From Mustelus asterias (taxonomy: Eukaryota): DNA of 64,000 nucleotides. A model generated the notes under the pieces. The model did no database searches and had not been told where the DNA came from. It saw nothing but the letters and a program-made list of their open reading frames with translations. The stretch lies in contig NC_135803.1 in the NCBI RefSeq assembly GCF_964213995.1, positions 35,774,001 to 35,838,000 of the forward strand, read 5' to 3'. Position numbers and translations under genes: made by a program. Shown here one piece after another: positions 10,530 through 21,627 of the stretch (its first letter is position 1; each line of letters starts with the position of its first letter).

Positions 10530-12528
10530 GACTAGTTGTCTTCAATTCCTGTGCCATATGGGAACTCCAGGAGTTCGCGTGTTCTGGATGACCATATGTG
10601 CAGAAAATGTCTTCAGTTACTCAAATTTGAGTTCAGGAGTTTCTGAGCTTGAAGAGTGGCTGAGGTCATGCAGAGCTGACGGGAAGCTGAGAGATTCCTG
10701 GAGCGCATGTTCCAAGAGGTGGTCACCCTGCAACTACAGAGAGTTCAGGGTAGCCACCCAGTAAGACAAAGAAGTAGGCAGTGTAGAAATACTCCCTGAA
10801 CATGGCATGTTCAAACTGGTTTTTAGTGCTGAATACCAGTGAGGGTGACAAGACCTTGTTGAGAAGTGCAGTCCACTTCAAAGCCTACTGCAAAATTATA
10901 GACATTCAATAGTCACAGGGGATAGAGAGGCATCATTGTAACCACTGACTTGAGTCCCACATGGTATGTTGCTTCCTGGTGCCTGGGTAAAGAATGTTAC
11001 TCGGAGGCTGCAGGACATTTTGTGGGTGAAAAGGGGAACAGCCAGAAGTCATGACCCATGTGGAAAAACCAATGACACTGGAAGAAAAGCATCGGGATCC
11101 TGCAGTCAGAGTTTCAGGAGCTATGGGAAAAATTAAAAGCAGAACTCAAATGTGGTAATTTCTGAATTATATTGGGGGTGAGTAGAGAAATAGGATCACA
11201 TAGAATAATGTGTGGCTGGCAAGATAGTGCAAAAATGAAAGCCTTCAGATTCCTAGGGCGGAATGGACCTGTTCAAGGTGGGCAAGTTGCACCTCAATAC
11301 TGCTGAGACCAATGTCCTTGCAGAACCATAGAATCTACGCCACAGAGACAGGAACTTCGGCCCAAACTGGTCCATGCTGACCAAAATGCCCATCTAAGAT
11401 TAAGAAGTGCTGCGGAGCAGGATTAAAACTCATTTAGCAGAAGGACAACCATTAGGATGGAACATTAGAGAGGAGAAATAAGTCCTCTGCACTGGGAAAG
11501 GAAACTATTACCAGATTAAAGAATAGTTCAGAAATAGAAAATAATTTGGGGTTTGGAATGCACATTGTGTGATAGTTTAGTGAGCTGCTAAGTTGCTACA
11601 TGGGACGATGATAATGGCAATAACCGAGGCCTTCCTCAAAGAACAGGGACTGTGAACATGATATTTTTGGCTATGTGTTATTCAAGGAAGATAGGGACAA
11701 AAAGTAGTGCGAGTGGTGGCAGTATTTATCAAAGAATGATGTAGTTGAGGGATTGAAGAAAAAGTCTATTTGATTAGAATTAAGGAATCAGATAGATGGA
11801 TTCCTGATCGGTAAGGGAATTAGGGGTTATAGGAATCAGGCGGGTAAGTGGAACTGATCCACTTCAGATCAGCCATGATCTTATTGAATGGTGGGGCAGG
11901 CTCGAGGGGCTAGATGGCCTACTCCTGCTCCTATTTCTTATGTTCTTATAATGGAGCTGTTGTGAGACTTGGTGATTACTACAACTCACCTGAAAATGGG
12001 GAAGAGGATAGAGAAGCAAATTTGCTGGCATATTGCGGAAAGTTCTAAGAACTACAACGTAGGGATAATGTGAAACTTTAAAATAGACTGCGATAATAAC
12101 AGTGTAAAAGTCAAAGATAGGGAGGAGTTCGTGAAAAGTGTACGAATGAGATTTCTTGATCAGTGTATTTCCAACCTGATGAAGAAGGAAGCAGTTCTCG
12201 TTCTGATGAGTGAAGTAGGCCAAATGGAGAATTTGGGGAACAGTAATCATATCATCAGATTCTGAACAGTTATGGGCTAGGACAAAGTACAATCAAGCTG
12301 AAAAGTACTTAACAAAAGGACGGCTAAAGTACTGAAGGGATATTAAAAAAGAGAATAAGAGGAGCAAAGAGAGAGTATGAGTGTAGATTAGCAACCTACA
12401 TAAAAGGGAACCCTAAAGTTTTTTATATAAATACATGGGAAAAGGAAGGGTGAGGCTGATTGGGGATCATGAAGCTAGGGTGAATGGCTGAGGTACTAAA
12501 TGAATACTTTGTATCTGTCTTCACTAGA
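10530..12528 (+). mobile_element. Old CR1 remnant (ORF1 esterase region and start of ORF2), with a younger CR1 3' end at 11791-11948
   Basis: Degenerate VCCxPGA..V..HV..ND (SGNH-like) region around 10960-11080 and MAEVLNEYFVSVFT at 12484-12525. Confidence 0.7.
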
Positions 12529-13010
12529 AACTGGTCACGGGCATTCAGCCTCTGATCTTCGGGTAAGCGTTCTCCAAAGCGGCCTTCACGACACACGACA
12601 GCGCAGAGTCGCTGAGCAGAAACTGATAGCCAAGTTCCGCACATATGAGGACGGCCTAAACCGGGATCTTGGGTTTATGTCACACTATCAGTAACCCCCA
12701 GCTTGCCTCCTGGACTTGCAGAATCTCACTGGCTGTCCTGTCTGGAGACAATACACATTTCTTTAACCTATGCTTAATGCTCCCTCCACTTACATTGTCT
12801 GTATCTTTAAGACCTGGTTGGCTGTAGAGATTCGCATTCTAATCAGTATTGTATGCCCTGTCTGAGAGCAGATATCCACTCCATCTGACGAAGGAGCAGC
12901 GCTCTGAAAGCTAATGGCATTTGCTACCAAATAAATCTGTTGGACTTTAACCTGGTGTTGTTAAAACTCTTACTGTGTTTACCCTAGTCCAACGCCGGCA
13001 TCTCCACATC
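12529..13010 (+). mobile_element. 5'-truncated Penelope-like 3' fragment (related subfamily) inserted into a CR1 remnant
   Basis: Encodes GHGHSASDLRVSVLQSGL...GLNRDLGFMSHY; ends CCAACGCCGGCATCTCCACATC like the long element; TSD TTCACTAGA at 12520-12528 and 13011-13019. Confidence 0.92.
12881..12917 (+). ncRNA. Minimal hammerhead ribozyme in the Penelope fragment
   Basis: CCAU-CUGACGA-A-GGAGCAGCGCUCU-GAAA-GC-UA-AUGG. Stem I CCAU/AUGG, stem II GGAGC/GCUCU. Confidence 0.8.
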
Positions 13011-13144
13011 TTCACTAGAGACTGCCATTGCAGCAGTAAATGAGGGGCAGTATTTGTATGAAGTCTTTCACTTATTATCAATGACAATGTGAGATCAGTT
13101 ACATGTTGCATTTTTATTACCTAAAAATGTTTTGATCTTTCTAG

Positions 13145-13328
13145 ATTAATAGAAGAGTTCATGTTACTGGCAAACATGGCAGTAGCCCACAGAATCTACA
13201 GATCATTCCCTGAACAAGCTTTACTGCGTCGACATCCACCACCACAAACAAATATGCTCGATGACCTGACTACACTCTTTGAACAATTGGGAATTGAGCT
13301 TGACTTCAGTACTGCAGGCACATTGCAC
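13145..13328 (+). CDS. DIS3L2: DIS3L2 internal coding exon (RNB domain: [34 protein letters not shown]...FSTAGTLH)
   Basis: Acceptor tttctag|A and donor CAC|gtaagt. EEFMLLAN and LLRRHPPP are RNase II/RNB motifs matching the recalled DIS3L2 sequence. Ends in phase 0. Confidence 0.95.
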
Positions 13329-15228
13329 GTAAGTTTACAGAAAAAAACTGTCACAAAACTAGATGATGGTTGAATGATGGGCTTCTGCCTATAATTAAAA
13401 AGAGTTGTAAAGTGGTAATTAAAAAATTGCCATGAATGATGTTTCATTTGTATTTCTAATTGGTTAAATATAATTGTAAATGTAAAGTTTTGCCTGTATA
13501 CTTTTAAGTGACCTTCCATAGGATTGTCAACTCTTGACTGACAAATTCCTGGAGGTCTAAGCATGTGATATCTAGTCATGTGACATCCAATCACATAACA
13601 TTTGAACATTGTTTGCAAATATTATTGTTATTGTCCCACAATTTTTACCACAACCTACTGTTACAATCACAGCTGATAATACTGAGCAAGTCAGATCCCA
13701 GGGTGAAACCGAGCTTAATAGTTCCTAACTTTGTCTTTTTTAGAAACCATGGAGGAAAGTTATTGAACAACTTCACAGGAGTTTACTGATGAATTTTTAA
13801 CATAAAGAATAAACATTTATTAAACAAGGAAAAATTACCTATATTACACCAGACAAATAGGTTGGAAATATTATGGAACAAAAAAAAATCCAAACCTCAC
13901 ACTATTTCTTTAGTTCCAGCAATACTATTATAACCACAATAACCCAGTGAAGATTTACCCCTATCTTCATGCCAAGGAATCTTGCTTAGCCTGGCTCAGT
14001 CGTAAATGGTTTTCTTTTGGCAGATTTCTGAACATTGACTGGATACTTTTTCCCCAACTGGTATCTCTCCCTGACACGCCTAAAAGTTGCACTCTAAGCT
14101 CATTATTACTTCAGCTTTAAAGCAAACATGAGTTCCCTAAACTCAATTCCCCAGCAACCTGCAGTATACCTTATCAGAGAGCTAACAACTTATGTTTTCA
14201 CTCTCTGACATACACATGCTGAACTTCTTTTCAACCTTTCCCCTCTGTTTCTGTGTATCACTAGGCAACAGCACAGTTTTGTTTACTTTGGTTTGTTCCC
14301 CAAATCATTAAATTACTCACCCTGTTGTAACCCATCACTTCACGGGTTGTAAAACCTCATTAAAAATGCATGTGTACAAACAAATCCAGAAAACCTGACC
14401 GAGTTTGGTAGGAGTCCGTCAAACTTCCAGGTACCATTCTTACTAAAAAAACTAAATGAATTGGAAACCATGTTCCACCTTTCTTAACACACAAGTGTCA
14501 ATATAAATTAAACTTAAAGTTTGTTTAATATTGTTTCTAGCACTATCCTTGGTCATGCATACAATTTGTGAAACTTGGATTGCAGTTTAATCCTCATAAT
14601 TAATTACACATGATAGTAGATGTTGGCACTTGAGATAGTAAGTTCTTTCAAAATCAGACAATCAGTTTCTCTGTTAATCGAGAACAGAATCAATGCTCCA
14701 TTATTTCAATAGCTAACTGGAAGTGAAACTTGAGAATTAGTGCAGGTGAATCCAGATTTCCAAATTTCTGCCAGTAAGGCTGCTGCATATTTTCTGAAAT
14801 TGTCAGTATAGTCGATACTAAAGGCTCCTTATGTGCTTGTGTAACTGTTTTCACTAAAGTTGCTAGGGCATGTTTTAGTACCCAGTTCATTCTAAATAGT
14901 GACATCTGCCATTAGGGCCCTGAAAAACAAATTCCATTAAGATCAGGAAAGTGAAAATCCCATTTGGGGCAGGGAATTAATATATCATTGGGCATTCCAT
15001 AGCTGCAATTTGGATTCATCTCTGACCCACAAAAAGTGAAAGTACATAGCCGCAAACCTCAAATACGAAGTACTTTTTTCCTAGGGTCTACAATCTGGGA
15101 GGATTGACAACCTATTAGGTGGTCAACATGCAGGGATTTGTTTTATGACTGTCTAAATTTTTGTCAAATATTTAGAACTGTTTCTTGCAAACAATAATGA
15201 ATATCTCAGCCAAAAGTGGAAGAAACAG

Positions 15229-15527
15229 CATAGAATCAAAAAATCATACAGCACAGAAGGAGGCCATTCAGACCATCGAGTCTGCACCGACCCTATATCC
15301 ATAATCCCATGCATTTACCCTAGCGAGACCCCTGACACTAAGGGGAATTTAGCATGGCCAATCCACCTAATCCTCACACCTTTGGACTGTGGGAAGAAAC
15401 TGGAGCACCAAGAGGAAACCCACGCAGACATGGGGAGAATGTGCAAACTCCACACAGACAGTGAATCGAACCCATGTCCCTAGTGCTGTGAGGCAGCAGT
15501 GCTAACCACTGTGCCACCGTACTGCCC
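15229..15527 (-). mobile_element. HE1-type SINE
   Basis: tRNA head, V domain and CR1-like tail. Confidence 0.88.
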
Positions 15528-15629
15528 TTCCTTTTATTTGATTAGAATTTGAATATATATTTGAAACATCCCTGATCAGGTTGCATGAGATTTCCTTTGG
15601 TGACTCGAAGTTTTAAGCACTAATCTTTT

Positions 15630-16392
15630 TGATTTTATTTGTTTATTGTTGTCAGATGTATTAGTATACAGTGAAAAGTATTGTTTCTTGCATGCTATAC
15701 AGACAGCATATCGTTCAAAGAGAAGGAAATGAGAGAGCGCAGAATGTAGTGTTACAGCCACAGCTAGGGTGTAGAGCAGTGGTTCCCAAAGGGTGCGGCG
15801 CGCCTCACAGGTGTGGCGAGAGAGGATGGCAAGTGTGGCGGGAAGATTCAAGGACAATCAAAGAAACATTTAAACATGGTTTAAACAAGCATTGTTTTAT
15901 ACTTTCTGGATGTCCCATGATATTATAAAGTAGTTGTCTTCTATGTTATGAATCAAGCATTGCTAGGAGTTGTTTCTTTTTGTTTTTGAATATATTTCTT
16001 ATCAATAAAAAATTCAGTGTGGCGTGAGCAAATTTTTATTCCGAAAGTGCGGCCCAGTCAAAAAAGTTTGGGAACCACTGGTGTAGAGAAAGATTAACTT
16101 AATGCAAGGTAGCGCCCATTCAAAAGTCTGACGACAGCAGGGAAGAAGCTGTTCTTGAGTCGGTTGGTACATGACCTCAGATTTATCTTTTTCCCAACGG
16201 AAGAAGGTGGAAGAGAGAATGTCCAGGGTGTGTGGGGTCCTTAATTATGCTGGCTGCTTTGCCGAGGCAGCTGGAAGTGTTGACAATCAATGGATGGGAG
16301 GCTGGTTTGTGTGATGGATTGGGCTACATTCACATTTGTAGTTTCTTGTGGTCTTGGGTAGAGCAGGAGCCATACCAAGCTGTGATACAACC
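15630..16392 (-). mobile_element. Rex1/Babar-type LINE 3' fragment, split by a hAT MITE
   Basis: Reverse complement of the 3' region seen at 34090-34545 (RLKNSFFP; tail AATACATGTGACAATAATAAATCAAA). Confidence 0.8.
15777..16080. mobile_element. hAT (Charlie-like) non-autonomous MITE, 304 bp
   Basis: 14-bp TIR CAGTGGTTCCCAAA / TTTGGGAACCACTG; 8-bp TSD GTGTAGAG at 15769-15776 and 16081-16088. Confidence 0.93.
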
Positions 16393-17367
16393 AAATCTGC
16401 TCTTTAAGGACATGTTCTATTTGGCTGGTGATGGTTGTTTTTCATCTTGAGTTGTCATGTGAAGGGTTGATTTTGACTGCACGTGCAGAAGTGAGTCAAA
16501 ACAATGAACATAGTCAAATAAATTTCATATTTGTTCAGAAAATCCAAAATTTGGATATATTTAACATAAACAATGATGCTTCTTATGTTGTTAAAAATAT
16601 GGTGTTTGTACTATTTGGCTGTTTCCTTTTAAGTCACAGTGACGAAGGAGCAAATCATTCCTGAAAGTACTTTGACAATGTATGCCCCATTCAAGCTGGC
16701 ATCTCTGAAATTAAACATAAAAGTATCGGATTTGAAATGAATTCAAACTTAATGTTAAGGAAAAAGGAAAACAACCAAAAGGGGGAATGTTATTTTAAAA
16801 TAGCATTCCCCATCCATCCCCTAAACGTTTCTCTTTGAAACCAGAGCTACTGAAGACCGCATTTGTGGTCTGCAATTCAGACATGAAACTGTCAGTTGTT
16901 CAAGCTGGATAATGGAGATCAATCAATCTGTCAATAAAGCTATTAATGCATTATCTTTAGCAACTTCAGAGAGATTACAGATGCCAAACTAAATAATAAA
17001 CTGGATGCGAGAAACAGAAATTGCAGAGAAAGATAAAAACATCTCATTACATTTAAAGATATAAACTGAAAATTATCCTCTGACCGGAGGACCGGATATA
17101 ATTTCTTCCTCTTACTGAAACTATAATAACTAGCTTAAACCACTAGGATTGTGGCATCCTAATGTTGAATACAGTTATAACTTATTCCCCAGATAATGCT
17201 GATTTTTAAAAATCTGTTCATGGAATGTGGGCATTACTGACTAGGCCAGCATTTATTGCGTATTACTAATTGCCCTTGTGAAGGTGGTGGTGAGCTGCCT
17301 TCCTGAACTGCGTAAGAAGTTTAACAACACCAGGTTAAAGTCCAACAGGTTTATTTGGTAGCAAAAG

Positions 17368-17412
17368 CCACACAAGCTTTCGAGGCTCTGAGCCCCTTCT
17401 TCAGGTGAGTGG
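17368..17412 (-). ncRNA. Minimal hammerhead ribozyme (inverted-arm copy)
   Basis: Reverse complement of 21583-21627. Confidence 0.8.
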
Positions 17413-17689
17413 GAATTCTGTTCACAAACAGAACTTATAAGACACAGACTCAATTTACATGAATAATGGTTGGAATGCGAATACTTACAACTAATCCAGT
17501 CTTTAAGAAACAAAACAATGGGAGTGGAGAGAGCATCAAGACAGGCTAAAAAGATGTGTATTGTCTCCAGACAAGACAGCCAGTGAAACTCTGCAGGTCC
17601 ACGCAACTGTGGGAGTTACAAATAGTGTGACATAAATTCTGATTCTAGGATCGCATGATAAAGACTCAGGAGGAAAAAAGCAGAAATAT

Positions 17690-20020
17690 TTATGTGAAAT
17701 AGTGTGACATAAACCCAATATCCCGGTTGAGGCCGTCCTTGTGTGTGCGGAACCTGGCTATCAGTTTCTGCTCCGCGACTCTGCGCTGTCGTGTGTCGCG
17801 AAGGCCGCCTTGGAGAACGCTTACCCGAATATCAGAGGCCGAATGCCCGTGACCGCTGAAGTGCTCCCCAACAGGAAGAGAACAGTCTTGCCTGGTGATT
17901 GTCGAGCGGTGTTCATTCATCCGTTGTCGCAGCGTCTGCATAGTTTCCCCAATGTACCATGCCTCGGGACATCCTTTCTTGCAGCGTATCAGGTAGACAA
18001 CGTTGGCCGAGTTGCAAGAGTATGTACCGTGTACCTGGTGGATGGTGTTCTCACGTGAGATGATGGCATCTGTGTCGATGATCCGGCACGTCTTGCAGAG
18101 GTTGCTGTGGCAGGGTTGTGTGGTGTCTTGGTCACTGTTCTCCTGAAGGCTGGGTAGTTTGCTGCGGACAATGGTCTGTTTGAGGTTGTGCGGTTGTTTG
18201 AAGGCAAGAAGTGGGGGTGTGGGGATGGCCTTGGCGAGATGTTCGTCTTCATCAATGACATGTTGAAGGCTCCGGAGGAGATGCCGTAGCTTCTCCGCTC
18301 CGGGGAAGTACTGGACAACGAAGGGTACTCTGTCCACTGTGTCCCGTGTTTGTCTTCTGAGGAGGTCGGTGCGGTTTTTCGCTGTGGCGCGTTGGAACTG
18401 TTGATCAATGAGTCTAGCGCCATATCCTGTTCTTATGAGGGCATCTTTCAGCGTCTGGAGGTGTCTGTTGCGATCCTCCTCATCCGAGCAGATCCTGTGT
18501 ATACGGAGGGCTTGTCCGTAGGGGATGGCTTCTTTAACGTGTTTAGGGTGGAAGCTGGAGAAGTGGAGCATCGTGAGGTTATCCGTGGGCTTGCGGTACA
18601 GTGAGGTGCTGAGGTGACCGTCCTTAATGGAGATGCGCGTGTCCAAGAATGCAACCGATTCCGGAGAGTAGTCTATGGTGAGCCTGATGGTGGGATGGAA
18701 CTTGTTGATGTCATCATAGAGTTGTTTCAGTGATTGTTCACCATGAGTCCAAAGGAAGAAAATGTCATCGATGTATCTAGTGTATAGCACCGGTTGAAGG
18801 TCCCGTGCGGTGAAGAAGTCTTGTTCGAACCTGTGCATGAAGATGTTGGCATATTGAGGTGCAAATTTGGTCCCCATGGCTGTTCCGTGTGTCTGGATGA
18901 AGAACTGGTTGTTGAAGGTGAAGATATTGTGGTCCAGGATGAAGCGGATGAGATGTAAAATTGCATCTGGAAACTGGCAGTTGTTGGCGCTGAGCACTGA
19001 GGCCGTTGCAGCAATGCCATCGTCATGGGGGATGCTGGTGTAGAGTGCTGAGACATCCATTGTGACGAGGAGCGCTCCTGGTTCAACTGCTCCATGTGTG
19101 CCGAGTTTCTGTAGGAAGTCCGTCGTGTCGCGACAAAAGCTGGGGGTTCTTTGTACAATGGGTTTCAGGATGCCCTCGACATAGCCGGAGAGGTTCTCGC
19201 ACAGGGTCCCATTGCCCGATACGATGGGACGGCCGGGTGTGTTTGCCTTGTGTATCTTCGGGAGGCAGTAGAGATCTCCAACGCGGGGAGTACGTGGGAT
19301 GAGAGCACGGAGGGTGTTCTGAAGGTCCGGATCAAAGGTCTTGATCAGAGTGTTGAGTTGACGGGTGTGTTCTTTGGTCGGATCTGCAGGTAACTGTCTG
19401 TAGTGTTCCTCGTTGTTGAGTTGTCGGTACACTTCTTTGCAGTAATCCGTTCTGTTCAGTATGACGATGGCCCCTCCTTTGTCTGCTGGTTTGATGACAA
19501 TGTTGCGGTTGGTCTTGAGAGCGTGGATGGCGTTACGTTGTGCTTGGGTGATGTTCGGGGCTGTCTTGTGAGTGCGGCTGATGAATTTGGTGTTGACGCA
19601 CCTCCTGACGGCTTGGGCATACATGTCAAGTCGAGGGCAGCGGCCTTCCGGAGGAGTCCAATTCGACTCTTTCCTCTTCGGATGCACTGCGGATCTCTCT
19701 GTCGGCTGTTCCAGTTCATTGGCTGTCTCATTGTGTTCGTTGTTGGCCTCTTGGGGTTTGTGGAAGAACTCCCTCAGCCTCATTCGCCTGATGAATTCCT
19801 CTGTGTCTGCTGCGAGACTGATGGGGTCTATTTTGGTGGTGGGGCAAAAATTAAGCCCTCGGCTGAGAACTTCGATTTCATCTGGTTGAAGTGTGTAGTC
19901 GGACAAGTTGACAATGGACTTCCCTGCAGTGGGACTGTTTCCTACTGTGGTACCGGGGGAGGCTTGGTTGCTGCTGGTGGTGATGCCGAGTTTCTCAAGT
20001 TTCCTGTTCTTGGTGTGCAT
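17690..20020 (-). CDS. Penelope-like polyprotein: reverse transcriptase + Cys-rich linker + GIY-YIG endonuclease (5'-truncated; in-frame ATG at 20020)
   Basis: Uninterrupted ORF with IKPADKG, YCLPKIHK, GRPIVS, TMDVSALYTSI, GTAMG, RYIDD and AFLD; linker PCHSNLCKTC; endonuclease VVYLIRC...YIGET...RMNEH. Confidence 0.95.
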   Translation of the reverse strand: MHTKNRKLEKLGITTSSNQASPGTTVGNSPTAGKSIVNLSDYTLQPDEIEVLSRGLNFCPTTKIDPISLAADTEEFIRRMRLREFFHKPQEANNEHNETANELEQPTERSAVHPKRKESNWTPPEGRCPRLDMYAQAVRRCVNTKFISRTHKTAPNITQAQRNAIHALKTNRNIVIKPADKGGAIVILNRTDYCKEVYRQLNNEEHYRQLPADPTKEHTRQLNTLIKTFDPDLQNTLRALIPRTPRVGDLYCLPKIHKANTPGRPIVSGNGTLCENLSGYVEGILKPIVQRTPSFCRDTTDFLQKLGTHGAVEPGALLVTMDVSALYTSIPHDDGIAATASVLSANNCQFPDAILHLIRFILDHNIFTFNNQFFIQTHGTAMGTKFAPQYANIFMHRFEQDFFTARDLQPVLYTRYIDDIFFLWTHGEQSLKQLYDDINKFHPTIRLTIDYSPESVAFLDTRISIKDGHLSTSLYRKPTDNLTMLHFSSFHPKHVKEAIPYGQALRIHRICSDEEDRNRHLQTLKDALIRTGYGARLIDQQFQRATAKNRTDLLRRQTRDTVDRVPFVVQYFPGAEKLRHLLRSLQHVIDEDEHLAKAIPTPPLLAFKQPHNLKQTIVRSKLPSLQENSDQDTTQPCHSNLCKTCRIIDTDAIISRENTIHQVHGTYSCNSANVVYLIRCKKGCPEAWYIGETMQTLRQRMNEHRSTITRQDCSLPVGEHFSGHGHSASDIRVSVLQGGLRDTRQRRVAEQKLIARFRTHKDGLNRDIGFMSHYFT

Positions 20021-21091
20021 GTAGATGGTGTAGTTCTTGGTTGCTGCTGGTGGTGATGCCGAGTTTCTCAAGTTTCCTGTTCTTGGTGTGCATGTAGATG
20101 GTGTAGTTCTTGGTTGCTGCTGGTGGTGATGCCGAGTTTCTCAAGTTTCCTGTTCTTGGTGTGCATGTAGATGGTGTAGTTCTTGGTTGCTGCTGGTGGT
20201 GATGCCGAGTTTCTCAAGTTTCCTGTTCTTGGTGTGCATGTAGATGGTGTAGTTCTTGGTTGCTGCTGGTGGTGATGCCGAGTTTCTCAAGTTTCCTGTT
20301 CTTGGTGTGCATGTAGATGGTGTAGTTCTTGGTTGCTGCTGGTGGTGATGCCGAGTTTCTCAAGTTTCCTGTTCTTGGTGTGCATGTAGATGGTGTAGTT
20401 CTTGGTTGCTGCTGGTGGTGATGCCGAGTTTCTCAAGTTTCCTGTTCTTGGTGTGCATGTAGATGGTGTAGTTCTTGGTTGCTGCTGGTGGTGATGCCGA
20501 GTTTCTCAAGTTTCCTGTTCTTGGTGTGCATGTAGATGGTGTAGTTCTTGGTTGCTGCTGGTGGTGATGCCGAGTTTCTCAAGTTTCCTGTTCTTGGTGT
20601 GCATGTAGATGGTGTAGTTCTTGGTTGCTGCTGGTGGTGATGCCGAGTTTCTCAAGTTTCCTGTTCTTGGTGTGCATGTAGATGGTGTAGTTCTTGGTTG
20701 CTGCTGGTGGTGATGCCGAGTTTCTCAAGTTTCCTGTTCTTGGTGTGCATGTAGATGGTGTAGTTCTTGGTTGCTGCTGGTGGTGATGCCGAGTTTCTCA
20801 AGTTTCCTGTTCTTGGTGTGCATGTAGATGGTGTAGTTCTTGGTTGCTGCTGGTGGTGATGCCGAGTTTCTCAAGTTTCCTGTTCTTGGTGTGCATGTAG
20901 ATGGTGTAGTTCTTGGTTGCTGCTGGTGGTGATGCCGAGTTTCTCAAGTTTCCTGTTCTTGGTGTGCATGTAGATGGTGTAGTTCTTGGTTGCTGCTGGT
21001 GGTGATGCCGAGTTTCTCAAGTTTCCTGTTCTTGGTGTGCATGTAGATGGTGTAGTTCTTGGTTGCTGCTGGTGGTGATGCCGAGTTTCTC
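19963..21091. repeat. Tandem array of about 15.5 x 73-bp units derived from the Penelope ORF N-terminal coding segment
   Basis: TGATGCC recurs at 19981, 20054, 20127 and onward (period 73). The minus-strand unit encodes NYTIYMHTKNRKLEKLGITTSSNQ. No unit variants were seen by eye. Confidence 0.95.
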
Positions 21092-21582
21092 TCAAATCAC
21101 CAGGCAAGACTGTTCTCTTCCTGTTGGGGAGCACTTCAGCGGTCACGGGCATTCGGCCTCTGATATTCGGGTAAGCGTTCTCCAAGGCGGCCTTCGCGAC
21201 ACACGACAGCGCAGAGTCGCGGAGCAGAAACTGATAGCCAGGTTCCGCACACACAAGGACGGCCTCAACCGGGATATTGGGTTTATGTCACACTATTTCA
21301 CATAAATATTTCTGCTTTTTTCCTCCTGAGTCTTTATCATGCGATCCTAGAATCAGAATTTATGTCACACTATTTGTAACTCCCACAGTTGCGTGGACCT
21401 GCAGAGTTTCACTGGCTGTCTTGTCTGGAGACAATACACATCTTTTTAGCCTGTCTTGATGCTCTCTCCACTCCCATTGTTTTGTTTCTTAAAGACTGGA
21501 TTAGTTGTAAGTATTCGCATTCCAACCATTATTCATGTAAATTGAGTCTGTGTCTTATAAGTTCTGTTTGTGAACAGAATTC

Positions 21583-21627
21583 CCACTCACCTGAAGAAGG
21601 GGCTCAGAGCCTCGAAAGCTTGTGTGG
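21583..21627 (+). ncRNA. Minimal hammerhead ribozyme in the Penelope 3' region
   Basis: CAC-CUGAAGA-A-GGGGCUCAGAGCCUC-GAAA-GC-UU-GUG. Core CUGANGA/GAAA, stem I CAC/GUG, stem II GGGGC/GCCUC, palindromic AAGCUU in place of a full stem III. Confidence 0.8.

Noticed and set aside
13329-13373. ORF-track extensions of DIS3L2 exons beyond the GT donors (also at 38004-38152 and 39955-40050)
   Set aside because: Homology stops at canonical splice donors, so this is intronic read-through.
13659-14489. Possible solo LTR (TGTTACAA...CTTAACA), with similar candidates near 30150-32300 and 60447-61590
   Set aside because: No TSD or second copy could be verified by eye.
16633-16705. Possible additional hammerhead or PLE tip (GTGACGAAGGAGC...CTGAAAG; GCTGGCATCTC)
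   Set aside because: The core is mutated and the match is too short to call; at most an ancient remnant.
17741-20056. Several antisense and alternative-frame ORFs over the PLE
   Set aside because: Shadow ORFs of a GC-rich coding sequence, with no recognisable motifs.
19963-21091. CRISPR-like array, or a never-ending ORF
   Set aside because: No spacers, eukaryotic context, and stops recur periodically on both strands.
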